39,165 nucleotides of DNA from an uncultured Lentisphaerota bacterium (lineage in GTDB: Bacteria; Verrucomicrobiota; Kiritimatiellia; CAIQIC01). The position numbers and the translations under genes were made by a program. Below are positions 17,792-30,762 of the stretch, piece by piece (within the stretch, counting starts at the first letter, position 1; each line of letters begins with the position of its first letter). Location of the stretch: the NCBI GenBank assembly GCA_903871765.1, contig CAIQIC010000214.1:1-39165 (forward strand). Direction: 5' to 3'. The notes beneath the pieces were generated by a model, which had not been told where the DNA came from, searched no databases, and was given only the letters and a program-made list of their open reading frames with translations.

Positions 17792-19147
17792 TTAAAAGAT
17801 CCGGTAGGTTTTGCGCAGCAGTGGCTCCGCTGCGGGCAGGTTGGTGCAGCGCATGTTGGGCCCGTCCCATTCCACTTTCTTGCCGAGCCGGACGGCGAGG
17901 TTGCCCATGACCACCATTTCCGTCAGCGGACCGGCGTGATCGAAATTCGAGCCGGGCAGCGGCCCCTGGCCCTTGCAGGCTTTGATCCATTCCTGGCAGT
18001 GGCCGCCGGCTCCGCCCGGCACGCGCGGCAGGGTTTCGGGCGGCGGCGTGAAGGCCTTCATCTTTTCCTCGGGGACGATCCGCGGCGACTCGCAGTAATC
18101 GCTGCCGTCGAAGATCGAGCCGTTCTCGCCGACCAGCAACTGGCCGCCGGCGGGCATGTCGCCCATGGCCGCCATGTCCTTGGGCTTTTCGGGTTTCCGG
18201 CCGCCGTCCGACCAGGTCACTTTGACCGGCGGCATCGCGCCGCGCGCGGGGAACTGGTAGGTGATGATAGACCACTTCGGGGCGGTCTCATCCGTGCCGC
18301 CGCCGGACTCCGCCTCCACGCTGACCGGGTACTTGAGATCCAGCGCCCAGAAGGCCGCGTCCATGATGTGGCAGCCCATGTCGCCCAGCGCGCCCGTGCC
18401 GAAGTCCCACCAGCCGCGCCAGTTGAAAGGCTGGTAGCACTTGTTGTAGGGCCGTTCCGGGGCGACGCCCAGCCAGCGGTTCCAATCCAGGTGCGGCGGC
18501 ACCGGCATCTCGTCGGCGGGCCGCTCGATGCCCTGCGGCCAGATGGGGCGGTTCGTCCAGAAGTACACTTCGTGGATCGGGCCCACGGCGCCGGCCATGA
18601 CCCATTCCTTCAGCCGCCGCGTGCCGTCGCCCGCGTGGCCCTGGTTGCCCATGATCGTCACCAGGCCCTTCTGGCGCGCCAGATCGGTGAGCGTACGCGC
18701 CTCCCAGACCGTATGCGTCAGCGGCTTCTGCACGAACACGTGCTTGCCCATGTTCATGGCCATGAAGGCCACGGGGAAGTGCATGTGGTCTGGCGTGGAG
18801 ACCGTCACGGCGTCAATCTGATCGCCCAGCTCCGTCAGCATCTGACGATAATCCTTGTACTGTTTCGCGTCCGGGAAGCGCCGGGCCTTGGAGGCCAGCG
18901 GGTTGTGGCTCACGTCGCACAGCGCCACGATTTCCTCGCTGGCGACGCCGTCGATGTCCGAATCGCCCTTGCCGCCGCAGCCGACGCAGGCGAGGCGCAA
19001 TTTCCGGCCGGGATCGCAGAAACGCTTGGGGCTGGCCGCCGCCGGTTTGGCCGCCCACGTGCGCGGGCCGGGCAGGGCCACCGCCGCGGCCGCCGCCAGA
19101 CCCGCCGCCTTCAGAAATTCTCTTCGGTCCATGGTGCTCTTGATCAT
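17792..19147 (-). CDS. Gfo/Idh/MocA-family oxidoreductase, Tat-exported
   Basis: DRREFLK Tat motif; VGCGGKG, VSTPDHMH, VQKPL, GDMGCH. Confidence 0.9.
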   Translation of the reverse strand: MIKSTMDRREFLKAAGLAAAAAVALPGPRTWAAKPAAASPKRFCDPGRKLRLACVGCGGKGDSDIDGVASEEIVALCDVSHNPLASKARRFPDAKQYKDYRQMLTELGDQIDAVTVSTPDHMHFPVAFMAMNMGKHVFVQKPLTHTVWEARTLTDLARQKGLVTIMGNQGHAGDGTRRLKEWVMAGAVGPIHEVYFWTNRPIWPQGIERPADEMPVPPHLDWNRWLGVAPERPYNKCYQPFNWRGWWDFGTGALGDMGCHIMDAAFWALDLKYPVSVEAESGGGTDETAPKWSIITYQFPARGAMPPVKVTWSDGGRKPEKPKDMAAMGDMPAGGQLLVGENGSIFDGSDYCESPRIVPEEKMKAFTPPPETLPRVPGGAGGHCQEWIKACKGQGPLPGSNFDHAGPLTEMVVMGNLAVRLGKKVEWDGPNMRCTNLPAAEPLLRKTYRIF

Positions 19148-19349
19148 TCGCGATTCCTCCGCGGAGTTTTATACTTCAATGTCCGCCGGCAGGGAAGCAC
19201 AAACCACGCAGCTTGTGCCGGACCCGCCGCCGGACGCCCTTTTGTGTTGGATCGTCGTCAGGATACTTGGCATGTGAATTTCTAAAACGTAAGACGGCAC
19301 GCTTTATGACACACAAACCTCAGCGGCCACGACGCGGCGCGCGGGGCTT

Positions 19350-21362
19350 TCAGGCCATCGGCGCCGGCGGGCGGGGCTGCAGGAGGCGCTGAATTTCATC
19401 GTTGAGATGCCGTTCTTCGTCGGCGGTAGGTGGGCGGGGCTGCATCTTGATGTTGAGCAGGCGGATCAATTCCTTCGTCAGCGTCTGGAGGTTGTGCGGC
19501 TTGGCGATGATGCCGCGGATGTCCTTGCCGCCAAGCTGCGCGGCGGCGGCGGTTTCGCTGGCGGGCACGGTGAGAACCAGGGAGGTCTTTTCCGGCACGA
19601 TCAGCTCGCGCACGCGGCGGAGCAGGTCGGCGCCGTTCAGGTCGGGCAGGCGCGGATCCAGCAGGATGCCATCCACCGCCTCCCGCTGCAGCCGACCCAA
19701 CCCCTCCAGCCCGCTGCGCGCGAACAGCACGCGGAAGCCGCCTTTCTTGTGGAGCGTTGTGCCCGCGGTGATGAGCGCGGCGACGTCCGAATCCATGAGC
19801 AGCAGCGTGTGGGGCCGCTGGGTGGAACCCATGCTGCGGGTGAGGAGGTAACGCATGCGGATGATGAAGGCGAAAGGGCTGAACGGTTTCAACATGTAAT
19901 CGTTGGCGCCGAGGTCGAGCGCGCGCGCCGCGTGTTCCTCGCTGGAGGCCAGCATGACGACGGGGATGCGGTTGAAGCGCGGGTTTTCGCGGATGCGGCG
20001 GAGCAGGTCAAAGCTGGCGAGACCCCAGCTTCCCTCCTCGATGAGCATCAGCCGGCAAGGGTTGTGCCCCAGCGTCGCCAGCGCCGCGTTCTCGTCCTGT
20101 TCGGCCAGCATGACGTCGAAACCGTTGTTTTCCAGCAGTTGCTTGAACATGTTGGAGCTGTCCCCGCGGGCAAAGACCATGACGCTTTCCCGGCGGCGCT
20201 TCGCGCTTGCTTCGCGGGGGATCACCCGGTTGCCGCCACTGGATTTGGCGGCGTAGAGGCATCGGCCGGCCTCCTCCATGGCCTGTTCGATCGTAACGCG
20301 GCTGGCGAGCACCATGAGACCGGCAGACAGGGTCACGTACAGGATTTTTCCGTCCGCCATGGTCGGATGCTGCTGGCGCAGGTTCTGCAGGGCTTTTTCC
20401 GTGGCGCACATCCCGCCGAATTGGTCCTCGCCCGGGAACAGGATGGCAAATTGGGCGGGACTCCAGCGCGCCACGATGTCGGTGGCGCGGAAGGAACCGG
20501 AGAGCACCTGGCCGACGCACTGCAGCGCCCGTTCGCAAGCGGACGTTCCCTGCTCCCGTTCCAGCGCTTGGAAGCCGTCCATCTCCAGCAGCACCAGCGC
20601 CACCGGCTCCTTGGTGGTCTCGCTGAAGCGCATGACGTGCTCGAAGGACTCGCAGAAGGCGGCGCGATTGAGCAGGCCGGTCAGCACGTCGCGCCGCGCC
20701 GAGCGCGTGATCTCTTGGGCGCCCTGCAGGCGGGCATGGATGAATTCCGCCACTTTGCGCGGGTCGGCGGGCTTTTCGAAGCAGCCATCCACATCGGATA
20801 CCAGATGCCGACCGATAATTTCCACGCTGGCCCGGGCGGCGATGGCGACGATGGGGGTGACGGCGGTCAGCGGTGTGGAACGCAGGATTTCCAACAGATT
20901 AAGGCCGTCCTGGTCCGGTAAAAAAAGGTCCAGCACGATGAAGACAATATCGCGCTCCAGCAGGAGTTGCTGCGCCTGCGTAGCGGTCGCGGCCCGGACG
21001 ATCTCCTTGCCCAGCGCTTCCAGTTCACGGCTCAGCGCAACCATGAACGAGCTCTGCTCGCCGACCAGGAGGATGGTGGCAGGCAGGCTGGGATCTTCGG
21101 CGAGTTCGTGCCGCAAGACCGCGATCAGTTCGCCGGTTCGATCCGGCAGTTCGGCGGGCAGCGCCTCCCCGATGCTGCTCGCGCGCTTGCACACCTCGTC
21201 GAAGCCATACGAGTGGCTGGAGGCGCGCAGGGATTCGGCGATCATCCGGATGTTTTTTCCCGCAGCCGCCTCCCCGGCCCGGAGAGCCTTCAGCGCCACG
21301 TCGAGCGCGTCTATGCGCGGCCCCAAACCCTGTTTATACCAGCGTTTACGGTGTTCTTCCAT
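19350..21362 (-). CDS. Hpt-like-REC-GGDEF(degenerate)-REC-REC signalling protein
   Basis: REC motifs LDLFLPDQDG and LLDPRLPDLNG; GGDEF domain DVLTGLLNR..RATDIVARWSPAQF..LYAAKSSGGNRV; alternative GTG start at 21398. Confidence 0.85.
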   Translation of the reverse strand: MEEHRKRWYKQGLGPRIDALDVALKALRAGEAAAGKNIRMIAESLRASSHSYGFDEVCKRASSIGEALPAELPDRTGELIAVLRHELAEDPSLPATILLVGEQSSFMVALSRELEALGKEIVRAATATQAQQLLLERDIVFIVLDLFLPDQDGLNLLEILRSTPLTAVTPIVAIAARASVEIIGRHLVSDVDGCFEKPADPRKVAEFIHARLQGAQEITRSARRDVLTGLLNRAAFCESFEHVMRFSETTKEPVALVLLEMDGFQALEREQGTSACERALQCVGQVLSGSFRATDIVARWSPAQFAILFPGEDQFGGMCATEKALQNLRQQHPTMADGKILYVTLSAGLMVLASRVTIEQAMEEAGRCLYAAKSSGGNRVIPREASAKRRRESVMVFARGDSSNMFKQLLENNGFDVMLAEQDENAALATLGHNPCRLMLIEEGSWGLASFDLLRRIRENPRFNRIPVVMLASSEEHAARALDLGANDYMLKPFSPFAFIIRMRYLLTRSMGSTQRPHTLLLMDSDVAALITAGTTLHKKGGFRVLFARSGLEGLGRLQREAVDGILLDPRLPDLNGADLLRRVRELIVPEKTSLVLTVPASETAAAAQLGGKDIRGIIAKPHNLQTLTKELIRLLNIKMQPRPPTADEERHLNDEIQRLLQPRPPAPMA

Positions 21363-21435
21363 GGCGATCGCCCACAACCCGGCGATCTTATATACCACCG
21401 CGGGGCTGAAATAAAGACCTTTTCTGCCCGCAACA

Positions 21436-21444
21436 TGTTATACT
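21436..21444 (+). promoter_or_regulatory. Extended -10 element for the GH109-sulfatase unit
   Basis: TGtTATACT in an AT-rich intergenic stretch, followed by RBS AAGGAG-like AAGAGGAG. Confidence 0.4.
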
Positions 21445-21480
21445 AAAAACCTATCGGATGGAATTTCAAGAGGAGCGAAC

Positions 21481-22860
21481 ATGTGGCTGAATGAATCTTC
21501 AACGGTATCGCGGCGGCATTTTCTGCGTGCGACCACACTGGCTGCGGCGGGGCTGGCGGTGGGGGATGGCGCCGCCACCCGGACCGCGGCGGCTGTAACG
21601 CCGGCGGGCGCGGACTTGTTCCGTGTGCCGAAGCTGGCGCGGGTGCGCGCGGCGTTCATTGGCGTCGGCGCGCGCGGCAGCGGGCATCTGGAACAGATGA
21701 TGACGCTCGAAGGCGTGGACGTGACCGCCATCGCGGATAATCATCCGCCGGCGTTGAACGCCGCGGTGGCATGCGTCGTGCAGAGCGGCCGCCCGCGGCC
21801 GGCCGCCTACGGCGACGGCGATTATGCCTACCGCAAGATGCTGGAGCGCGACGACGTGGATCTGGTCATCATCGCCACGCCCTGGGAATGGCACACGCGG
21901 ATGTGCGTGGATGCGCTGCAGGCGGGCAAGCATGCGTTCACCGAGGTGCCCGCGGCGATCACGCTGGAGGAGTGCTGGGACCTGGTGAAGACGCAGGCCA
22001 AGACGCAGCGGCATTGCATGATGCTGGAAAACTGCAACTACGGCCGCGAAGAGTTGTTCTGTCTGAACCTCGTCCGGCTCGGCCTGCTCGGCGAGCTGCT
22101 CCATGGCGAGGCGGCCTATATCCATGACTTGCGCAGCCAGATGCACGAGGTCAACCACGGCACCGGCTCGTGGCGCACGTGGCACTACGCCAAACGCAAC
22201 GGCAACCTGTACCCGACGCACGGGCTCGGTCCGGTGGCGCAGTACATGGACATCAACCGCGGCGACCGGTTCGATCACCTTTCCTCCATCGGTTCGCCGG
22301 CGCTGGGCCGGGAACTGTTCGCTAAGAAGAACTTTCCGCCCGAGCACAAGTGGAACCAGATCAAGCTATGGAACTGCGGCGACATGAACACCACGATCAT
22401 CAAGACCGCCCGCGGCCGGACGATCATGGTGCAGTGGGACGAGACCTCGCCGCGGCCGTATTCGCGCCATAACTTGATCCAGGGCACGCAGGGCACGTTT
22501 GCCGGTTTCCCGAACCGCCTGGCCTGCGAGGGCCTGACGGCCGCTACGCATGAGTGGACCGAAGGCGCCCGGCTGGAAGAGATCATGAAGAAGTACGAGC
22601 ACCCGCTCTTCGTCAAGATGGGCGAACTCGCCCAGCAAGGCGGCGGCCACGGCGGGATGGACTGGCTGATGTTGTGGCGCCTCGTCTACTGCCTGCGCAA
22701 CGGCGAACCGCTCGACCAGGACGTGTACGATGCCGCCGCCTGGTCCGCCGTCGGCCCGCTCAGCGCGCAATCCGTCGCCCGCCGCGGCGCGGCGGTGGAC
22801 GTGCCCGACTTCACCCGCGGCCGGTGGCAGGTCCGTCCGCCGCTGCGGATCGTGAGTTGA
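21481..22860 (+). CDS. GH109 NAD-dependent alpha-N-acetylgalactosaminidase-like glycosidase, Tat-exported
   Basis: SRRHFL Tat motif; IGVGARG, ATPWEWH, MMLENCNY, YPTHGLGP, GGGHGGMD (GH109 GGHGG motif). Confidence 0.88.
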   Translation: MWLNESSTVSRRHFLRATTLAAAGLAVGDGAATRTAAAVTPAGADLFRVPKLARVRAAFIGVGARGSGHLEQMMTLEGVDVTAIADNHPPALNAAVACVVQSGRPRPAAYGDGDYAYRKMLERDDVDLVIIATPWEWHTRMCVDALQAGKHAFTEVPAAITLEECWDLVKTQAKTQRHCMMLENCNYGREELFCLNLVRLGLLGELLHGEAAYIHDLRSQMHEVNHGTGSWRTWHYAKRNGNLYPTHGLGPVAQYMDINRGDRFDHLSSIGSPALGRELFAKKNFPPEHKWNQIKLWNCGDMNTTIIKTARGRTIMVQWDETSPRPYSRHNLIQGTQGTFAGFPNRLACEGLTAATHEWTEGARLEEIMKKYEHPLFVKMGELAQQGGGHGGMDWLMLWRLVYCLRNGEPLDQDVYDAAAWSAVGPLSAQSVARRGAAVDVPDFTRGRWQVRPPLRIVS

Positions 22861-22898
22861 GGCAGATCGGCGCGACCGCAAAGAAAAGTTGCGTGACC

Positions 22899-24401
22899 AT
22901 GAAGTTCCGCTGGCTGCTGCTCGGTCTGGCCTGGGCCGGTTCGGCCATGGCCCGGCCCGGCGACCGGCCCAACATCGTCTACATCCTCTGCGACGATCTG
23001 GGCTACGGCGATGTGCACGGCCTGAACCCGCAACGCGGCAAAATCGCGACGCCCAATATTGATCGGCTCGCGGCACAAGGCGTCGCGTTCACCGACGCGC
23101 ATTCGAGCTCGGCCGTCTGCACCCCGACGCGCTACGGCATCCTCACGGGCCGGTACAACTGGCGATCGCGGCTGCAGTCGGGCGTATTGCCTGGTTTCAG
23201 CCCGCCGTTGATCGACCAGGCGCGGTTGACGGTGCCGGCATTGTTGCAACAGCACGGCTACCACACTGCCGGCATCGGCAAATGGCATCTCGGCATGGGC
23301 CTTCCCAAGGCCCCGGCCGTCGGACCCATCCGGGACGGGCCGACGACGCGCGGGTTCGATTACTACTTCGGCATCAGCGCGTCGCTGGATATGCCGCCGT
23401 TTGCGTTCATCGAAAACGACCGATTCACCGAGGCGCCGACCGCCACCAAGAAATGGGTCCGCTCCGGGCCTGCCGCGCCGGGCTTCGAGGCGGTGGACGT
23501 GCTGCCGACGCTGACGCGCAAGGCGGTGGAGTACATTGGTCAGCGCGCGGTGGCCAAGAAACCGTTCTTCCTTTACTTGCCGTTGAACTCGCCGCACACG
23601 CCGATCGTGCCGACCAAGGAATGGCAGGGCCAGAGCGGTCTCAACGCGTACGGCGATTTCGTGATGGAAACCGACTGGGCCCTCGGCGAGGTCCTGTCCG
23701 CGCTCAACCAAGCCGGTATTGCTGACAACACGTTGGTTATCTTCACCAGCGACAACGGCTGTTCGCCTGCGGCCGGCACGGCGGAGCTGGAGCGGAAGGG
23801 CCATTTCGCCAGCGAGAACCGGCGCGGGTACAAAGCCGACATCTTCGACGGCGGCCACCGCATCCCGTTCATCGCCCGGTGGCCCGGCAAGATCAAAGCC
23901 GGCACCAGCAGCGATCAGTTGACCTGTCTCACTGACTTGATGGCAACGTGTGCCGACATCCTCGGCGCAAAACTGCCCGACAACGCCGGAGAAGACAGCG
24001 TCAGCATTCTGCCGGCGTTGCTGGGCACCGCGACCAGGCCGCTCCGCGAAGCCGTGGTCCATCATTCCATCAACGGTTCTTTCGCCGTCCGGCAGGGCCG
24101 GTGGAAGCTTGAATTCTGCCCCGATTCCGGCGGCTGGAGTGTCCCGGTACCGGGCAGCCCCGCGGCCTGTAACCTGCCGCCGCTGCAGCTCTACGACATG
24201 GCGGAGGATCTCGGCGAGCGCGGCAACGTCTATCGGGCGCATCCGGACATCGTCGCGCGACTGGCAAAGATCATGCGCACCTATATCGCCGCCGGCCGCA
24301 GCACGCCGGGTGCGCCCCAGACGAACGACGCGCCGGTCAACCTATGGAAATCGAAACCACCCGCACTAGACGACGACGGCCGGATCATCGAACACGATTA
24401 G
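22899..24401 (+). CDS. Arylsulfatase (formylglycine-dependent, family S1)
   Basis: Signal peptide; PNIVYILCDDLGYGD, CTPTRYGILTG (CxPxR), GKWHLG, FTSDNG; start ATG 22899. Confidence 0.93.
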   Translation: MKFRWLLLGLAWAGSAMARPGDRPNIVYILCDDLGYGDVHGLNPQRGKIATPNIDRLAAQGVAFTDAHSSSAVCTPTRYGILTGRYNWRSRLQSGVLPGFSPPLIDQARLTVPALLQQHGYHTAGIGKWHLGMGLPKAPAVGPIRDGPTTRGFDYYFGISASLDMPPFAFIENDRFTEAPTATKKWVRSGPAAPGFEAVDVLPTLTRKAVEYIGQRAVAKKPFFLYLPLNSPHTPIVPTKEWQGQSGLNAYGDFVMETDWALGEVLSALNQAGIADNTLVIFTSDNGCSPAAGTAELERKGHFASENRRGYKADIFDGGHRIPFIARWPGKIKAGTSSDQLTCLTDLMATCADILGAKLPDNAGEDSVSILPALLGTATRPLREAVVHHSINGSFAVRQGRWKLEFCPDSGGWSVPVPGSPAACNLPPLQLYDMAEDLGERGNVYRAHPDIVARLAKIMRTYIAAGRSTPGAPQTNDAPVNLWKSKPPALDDDGRIIEHD

Positions 24402-24421
24402 CCGGTGTGGGGGGCAAGGTT

Positions 24422-24600
24422 ATGAAGCGACATCCTGAGGCCGTGCGGCGCGGACCCTGGAAGCCACGCGTGGCGCGGGATGGTCCAAAGCAAGGCAGCA
24501 CCCCTGCCGGTCGCCGGAGCTGTACCACCTCGACGACGATGTCGGCGAGACCGCCGACGTGGCCGCCCGCCATCCCGAAATCGTCGTTTTCTGGGTTTAA
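24422..24600 (+). pseudogene. Sulfatase remnant (start codons plus frameshifted C-terminal segment)
   Basis: MKRH-PEAVRRGPWK, then in another frame from 24514 PELYHLDDDVGETADVAARHPEIV, matching the sulfatase C-terminal pattern (neighbour has AVRQGRWK..QLYDMAEDLGERGNVYRAHPDIV). Confidence 0.75.
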
Positions 24601-24703
24601 TGGGCGGCGTGAGCTGAAGTGGTTTTATTATTGTCGCATTGGTTCCACTGACCCCGTCAGAGGTCCCGCGCCACTACCAGGCCCCTGTCGACCTTGTGCA
24701 AGG

Positions 24704-24892
24704 TGGCCCCGGCTGGCCGTCAGGCAGAGCGCCAGCGTGTTCCGGTTGAGGGGGGCAGCAGGGATTGGGCGCATAACAAAAATCTATCCGGCCGGATAGA
24801 TTTTTGTTATAGGCGCCGAAGGGTGCGGCGGGCCTCGCCGGCGGTTCCACCAGGCCTGATGTGGCGCTCTGCCGGACGGCAGTCCGGGGCCA
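24704..24892. repeat. Fold-back element: 31-bp inverted arms around a perfect 38-bp palindrome
   Basis: Arms 24704-24734 and 24862-24892 match at 27/31; core 24773-24810 ATAACAAAAATCTATCCGG|CCGGATAGATTTTTGTTAT. Confidence 0.85.
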
Positions 24893-25028
24893 TGTGATCC
24901 AAGAAGGCCGCAGTATGAAAGGATTCCTTGGCCTTCGCGGTTGTACCTGCCCAGAGTCGTCGCGGCGGGATTTGCTTGTTTCGCGGCGATTTTCATCTAT
25001 CGTGGGCACGTTTTGGAGTTGCACGGGT

Positions 25029-26327
25029 ATGAAGACCATAGGCATTGGACTGCTCGGTTTCGGCACGGTGGGCGCCGGGGTGGTGGAGGGCTTGCAGCGC
25101 CAGGACGCGACGCTGGCGGCGCGGCTGGGCCTCGGGTTCGCGCTGCGCCGGATCGCCGATCTCGACCTGGAGCGCGACCGCGGGGTGGCCGTGGACCGGT
25201 CCCTGCTGACGCGCGACGCGGCGGCCGTGGTCAACGATCCGGCGGTGGACGTGGTCGTGGAACTGATCGGCGGCTGCGGCGCCGCACAGCAGTTGATTCT
25301 CCAGGCGCTGGCGCTGGGCAAGCCGGTGGTGACGGCCAACAAGGCGCTGCTGGCGGCACACGGCGCGGAAATCTTCCAGGCCGCCGAGGCGCGGCAGACG
25401 CCGGTCTATTTCGAGGCCAGCGTCGGTGGCGGCATCCCCATCATCAAGGCGCTGCGCGAAGGGCTGGTCGCCAATAACATCCGCAGCATCTACGGCATCC
25501 TTAACGGCACCTGCAACTACATCCTGACCCGCATGGAACAGGAGCAGGCGCCGTTTGACGCCGCGCTGCGGGCGGCGCAGGCGGCCGGCTATGCCGAGGC
25601 GGAACCCAGCCTGGATATTGACGGGCACGACACGGCGCACAAGGCGGTCATCCTCGCCGCGCTGGCTTACGGTTGTCCCGTGCCGCTGAGCGCGGCATCC
25701 GTCGAAGGTATCCGCGGGCTGGCGATGGAGGACCTCGGCAACGCGCTGGAAATGGGCTACCGGATCAAGTTGCTGGGCATCGTCAAACTGGGCCCCGCCG
25801 GAGTCGGCGTGCGCGTGCAGCCGACGCTGGTGCCGCGGGCGCACTTGCTGGCCGCGGTCAGCGGCGTCTTCAACGCGATCCAGGTGGACGGCGACCTGGC
25901 CGGGCAGACGCTGTATTACGGCCGCGGCGCGGGCCGGACGGCGACGGCCAGCGCGGTGCTGAGCGACCTGGCCGACGTGGCGCGCGATCTGGCCGCCGGC
26001 CAGCGGCGCATGGCCCCGGTCCACGCGGCGGCGGGCCGGACCTTGCAACTGCAGCCTGCCGACGACATCGCGGTGCGCTGCTACCTCCGGCTGACCTTGC
26101 TGGACAAGCCCGGCATGCTGGCGCGTGTGGCCCAGGTGCTGGGCAAGCACGGTATCAGCATCGCATCGGTGATGCAAAAGGAAGCCCGGGCCGGCCAGCA
26201 TGTACCGGTGGTGATTGTCACCCACCAGGCTGCGGAGCATCAGTTTCGCAGCGCCCTGGCTCTGATTGACCGAATGGAGATTATTGGCGCGCCGACGGTG
26301 CGGCTGCGGATTGAGGACTTTGAGTGA
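25029..26327 (+). CDS. hom: Homoserine dehydrogenase with C-terminal ACT domain
   Basis: GLLGFGTVG, VVTANK, FEASVGGGIP, GILNGTCNYIL, GYAEAEP..DG.DTAHK, GRGAG..TASAV; ACT domain DKPGMLA. Confidence 0.95.
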   Translation: MKTIGIGLLGFGTVGAGVVEGLQRQDATLAARLGLGFALRRIADLDLERDRGVAVDRSLLTRDAAAVVNDPAVDVVVELIGGCGAAQQLILQALALGKPVVTANKALLAAHGAEIFQAAEARQTPVYFEASVGGGIPIIKALREGLVANNIRSIYGILNGTCNYILTRMEQEQAPFDAALRAAQAAGYAEAEPSLDIDGHDTAHKAVILAALAYGCPVPLSAASVEGIRGLAMEDLGNALEMGYRIKLLGIVKLGPAGVGVRVQPTLVPRAHLLAAVSGVFNAIQVDGDLAGQTLYYGRGAGRTATASAVLSDLADVARDLAAGQRRMAPVHAAAGRTLQLQPADDIAVRCYLRLTLLDKPGMLARVAQVLGKHGISIASVMQKEARAGQHVPVVIVTHQAAEHQFRSALALIDRMEIIGAPTVRLRIEDFE

Positions 26328-26393
26328 GAGCCGGGAAGGCCGCCGGCTGGCGGTTGGGCGCGCGTAAGCGCAGAAGCGACACGCGGGTATGGT

Positions 26394-27772
26394 ATGGGCT
26401 TGAAAGTGGTAAAATTCGGCGGGACCTCGCTGGCGGATGCCGGCCAGATCCTGAAAGTTTTCGAGATCGTCAAGGCCGATCCCGACCGGCGGATCATTGT
26501 GGTCTCGGCGCCCGGCAAGCGCCACAAGACCGATACGAAGGTGACGGATCTGCTGATCGCCTGCGCCGAAGCCATGCTCAAGCACGGCGCGGCGGAGCAG
26601 GAACTGGCCGTCGTGGTCCAGCGCTTTGCGGAGATCCAGCAGGCCCTCGGCTTGCCGGACAGCATCACGCGCGCGATCGAAACCGATCTGCGTCAGCGGT
26701 TGGCGGGCGACCGCCAGCACCACGGCAGATTTTTGGACGGCCTGAAGGCTGCGGGCGAGGACCATTGCGCCCAGCTCGTGGCCGCGGCGTTCCGACAGAA
26801 GGGTCTGGATGCGCACTATGTCAGCCCGCGCGAGGCCGGCCTGTTGCTCAGCGCCCAGTTCGGCAACGCACAGGTGCTGGAAAAATCCTATGCCCGGCTC
26901 GCCGAACTGCGGCACCATTCCGGCGTAACCATCTTCCCCGGCTTTTTCGGCTATACCGAGGCCGGCGAAGTCGCCACCTTCCCGCGCGGCGGCTCGGATA
27001 TCACCGGCGCGATTTTGGCGGCCGCGGTCCAGGCCGACGTCTACGAGAATTTCACCGACGTGGATTCCGTTTATGCCTGCGATCCGCACATCGTGCCGGA
27101 GGCGCCGCCGATCACGCTGCTGACCTACCGCGAGATGCGCGAGCTGGCCTACGCGGGGTTCGGCGTCTTCCACGACGAGGCGATCGTACCGGCCGTGCAG
27201 GCCGGCGTGACGATCGGCATCAAGAACACCAACCGGCCGTCCGCGCCGGGCACGCAGATCGTGCCGGAGCGGCCGTATTCGGCCGGCGGCGTGGTGGGCG
27301 TGGCGAGCGCGAACGGGTTCAGCACGATCTACGTGAGCAAATACCTGATGAACCGCGAAGTCGGCTTCAGCCGGCGACTGCTGCAGATCCTGGAGGACGA
27401 AAACATCTCCTATGAGCATGCGCCCTCCGGCATCGACAACACGAGCATGATCGTGCGCAGCCGGGAGCTGACGCCGGCCCGGGAGGCGCGCGTCGTCGGG
27501 CGCATCCAGGCGGAACTGGCGCCGGACGACGTCGAGGTCGAGCACGGCCTGGCCCTGCTGATGATCGTGGGTGAGGGTATGCGCTACACGGTCGGCCTCG
27601 CGGCCCGGGCGACGCGCGCCCTGGCCGACGCCGGCGTGAACATCGAGATGCTGAACCAGGGCGCGTCGGAAATCAGCATCATGTTCGGCGTGCAGGAAGC
27701 CGACCGCAAGAAGGCGGTGCGCGCGTTGTACCACGCCTTCTTTGCGCCGGCCCACGGCGGGGAGCAGACGGT

Positions 27773-27776
<4 letters not shown>
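26394..27776 (+). CDS. lysC: Aspartate kinase
   Basis: VVKFGGTS, VVSAPGKR, TFPRGGSDITG, FTDVD, two ACT domains. Confidence 0.93.
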
Positions 27777-29359
<1,583 letters not shown>

Positions 29360-29415
29360 CGGCCGTGTGGCCGCCGCGCGACACGCGGCTAACGCCGTGG
29401 CCGGGAGGATGAGGC

Positions 29416-30750
<1,335 letters not shown>

Positions 30751-30762
30751 TCCCCGCCGGGC

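Noticed and set aside
24600-25028. Lysine riboswitch, T-box or attenuator upstream of hom-lysC
   Set aside because: No recognisable conserved riboswitch or T-box motif and no Thr/Ile-rich leader peptide; the structure is better described as a DNA fold-back repeat. An Rfam scan would settle it
24993-27755. 920-aa minus-strand ORF, and similar long antisense ORFs (255-1730, 17774-19285, 22686-24242, 35410-37311)
   Set aside because: Shadow frames opposite well-supported genes, expected at high GC
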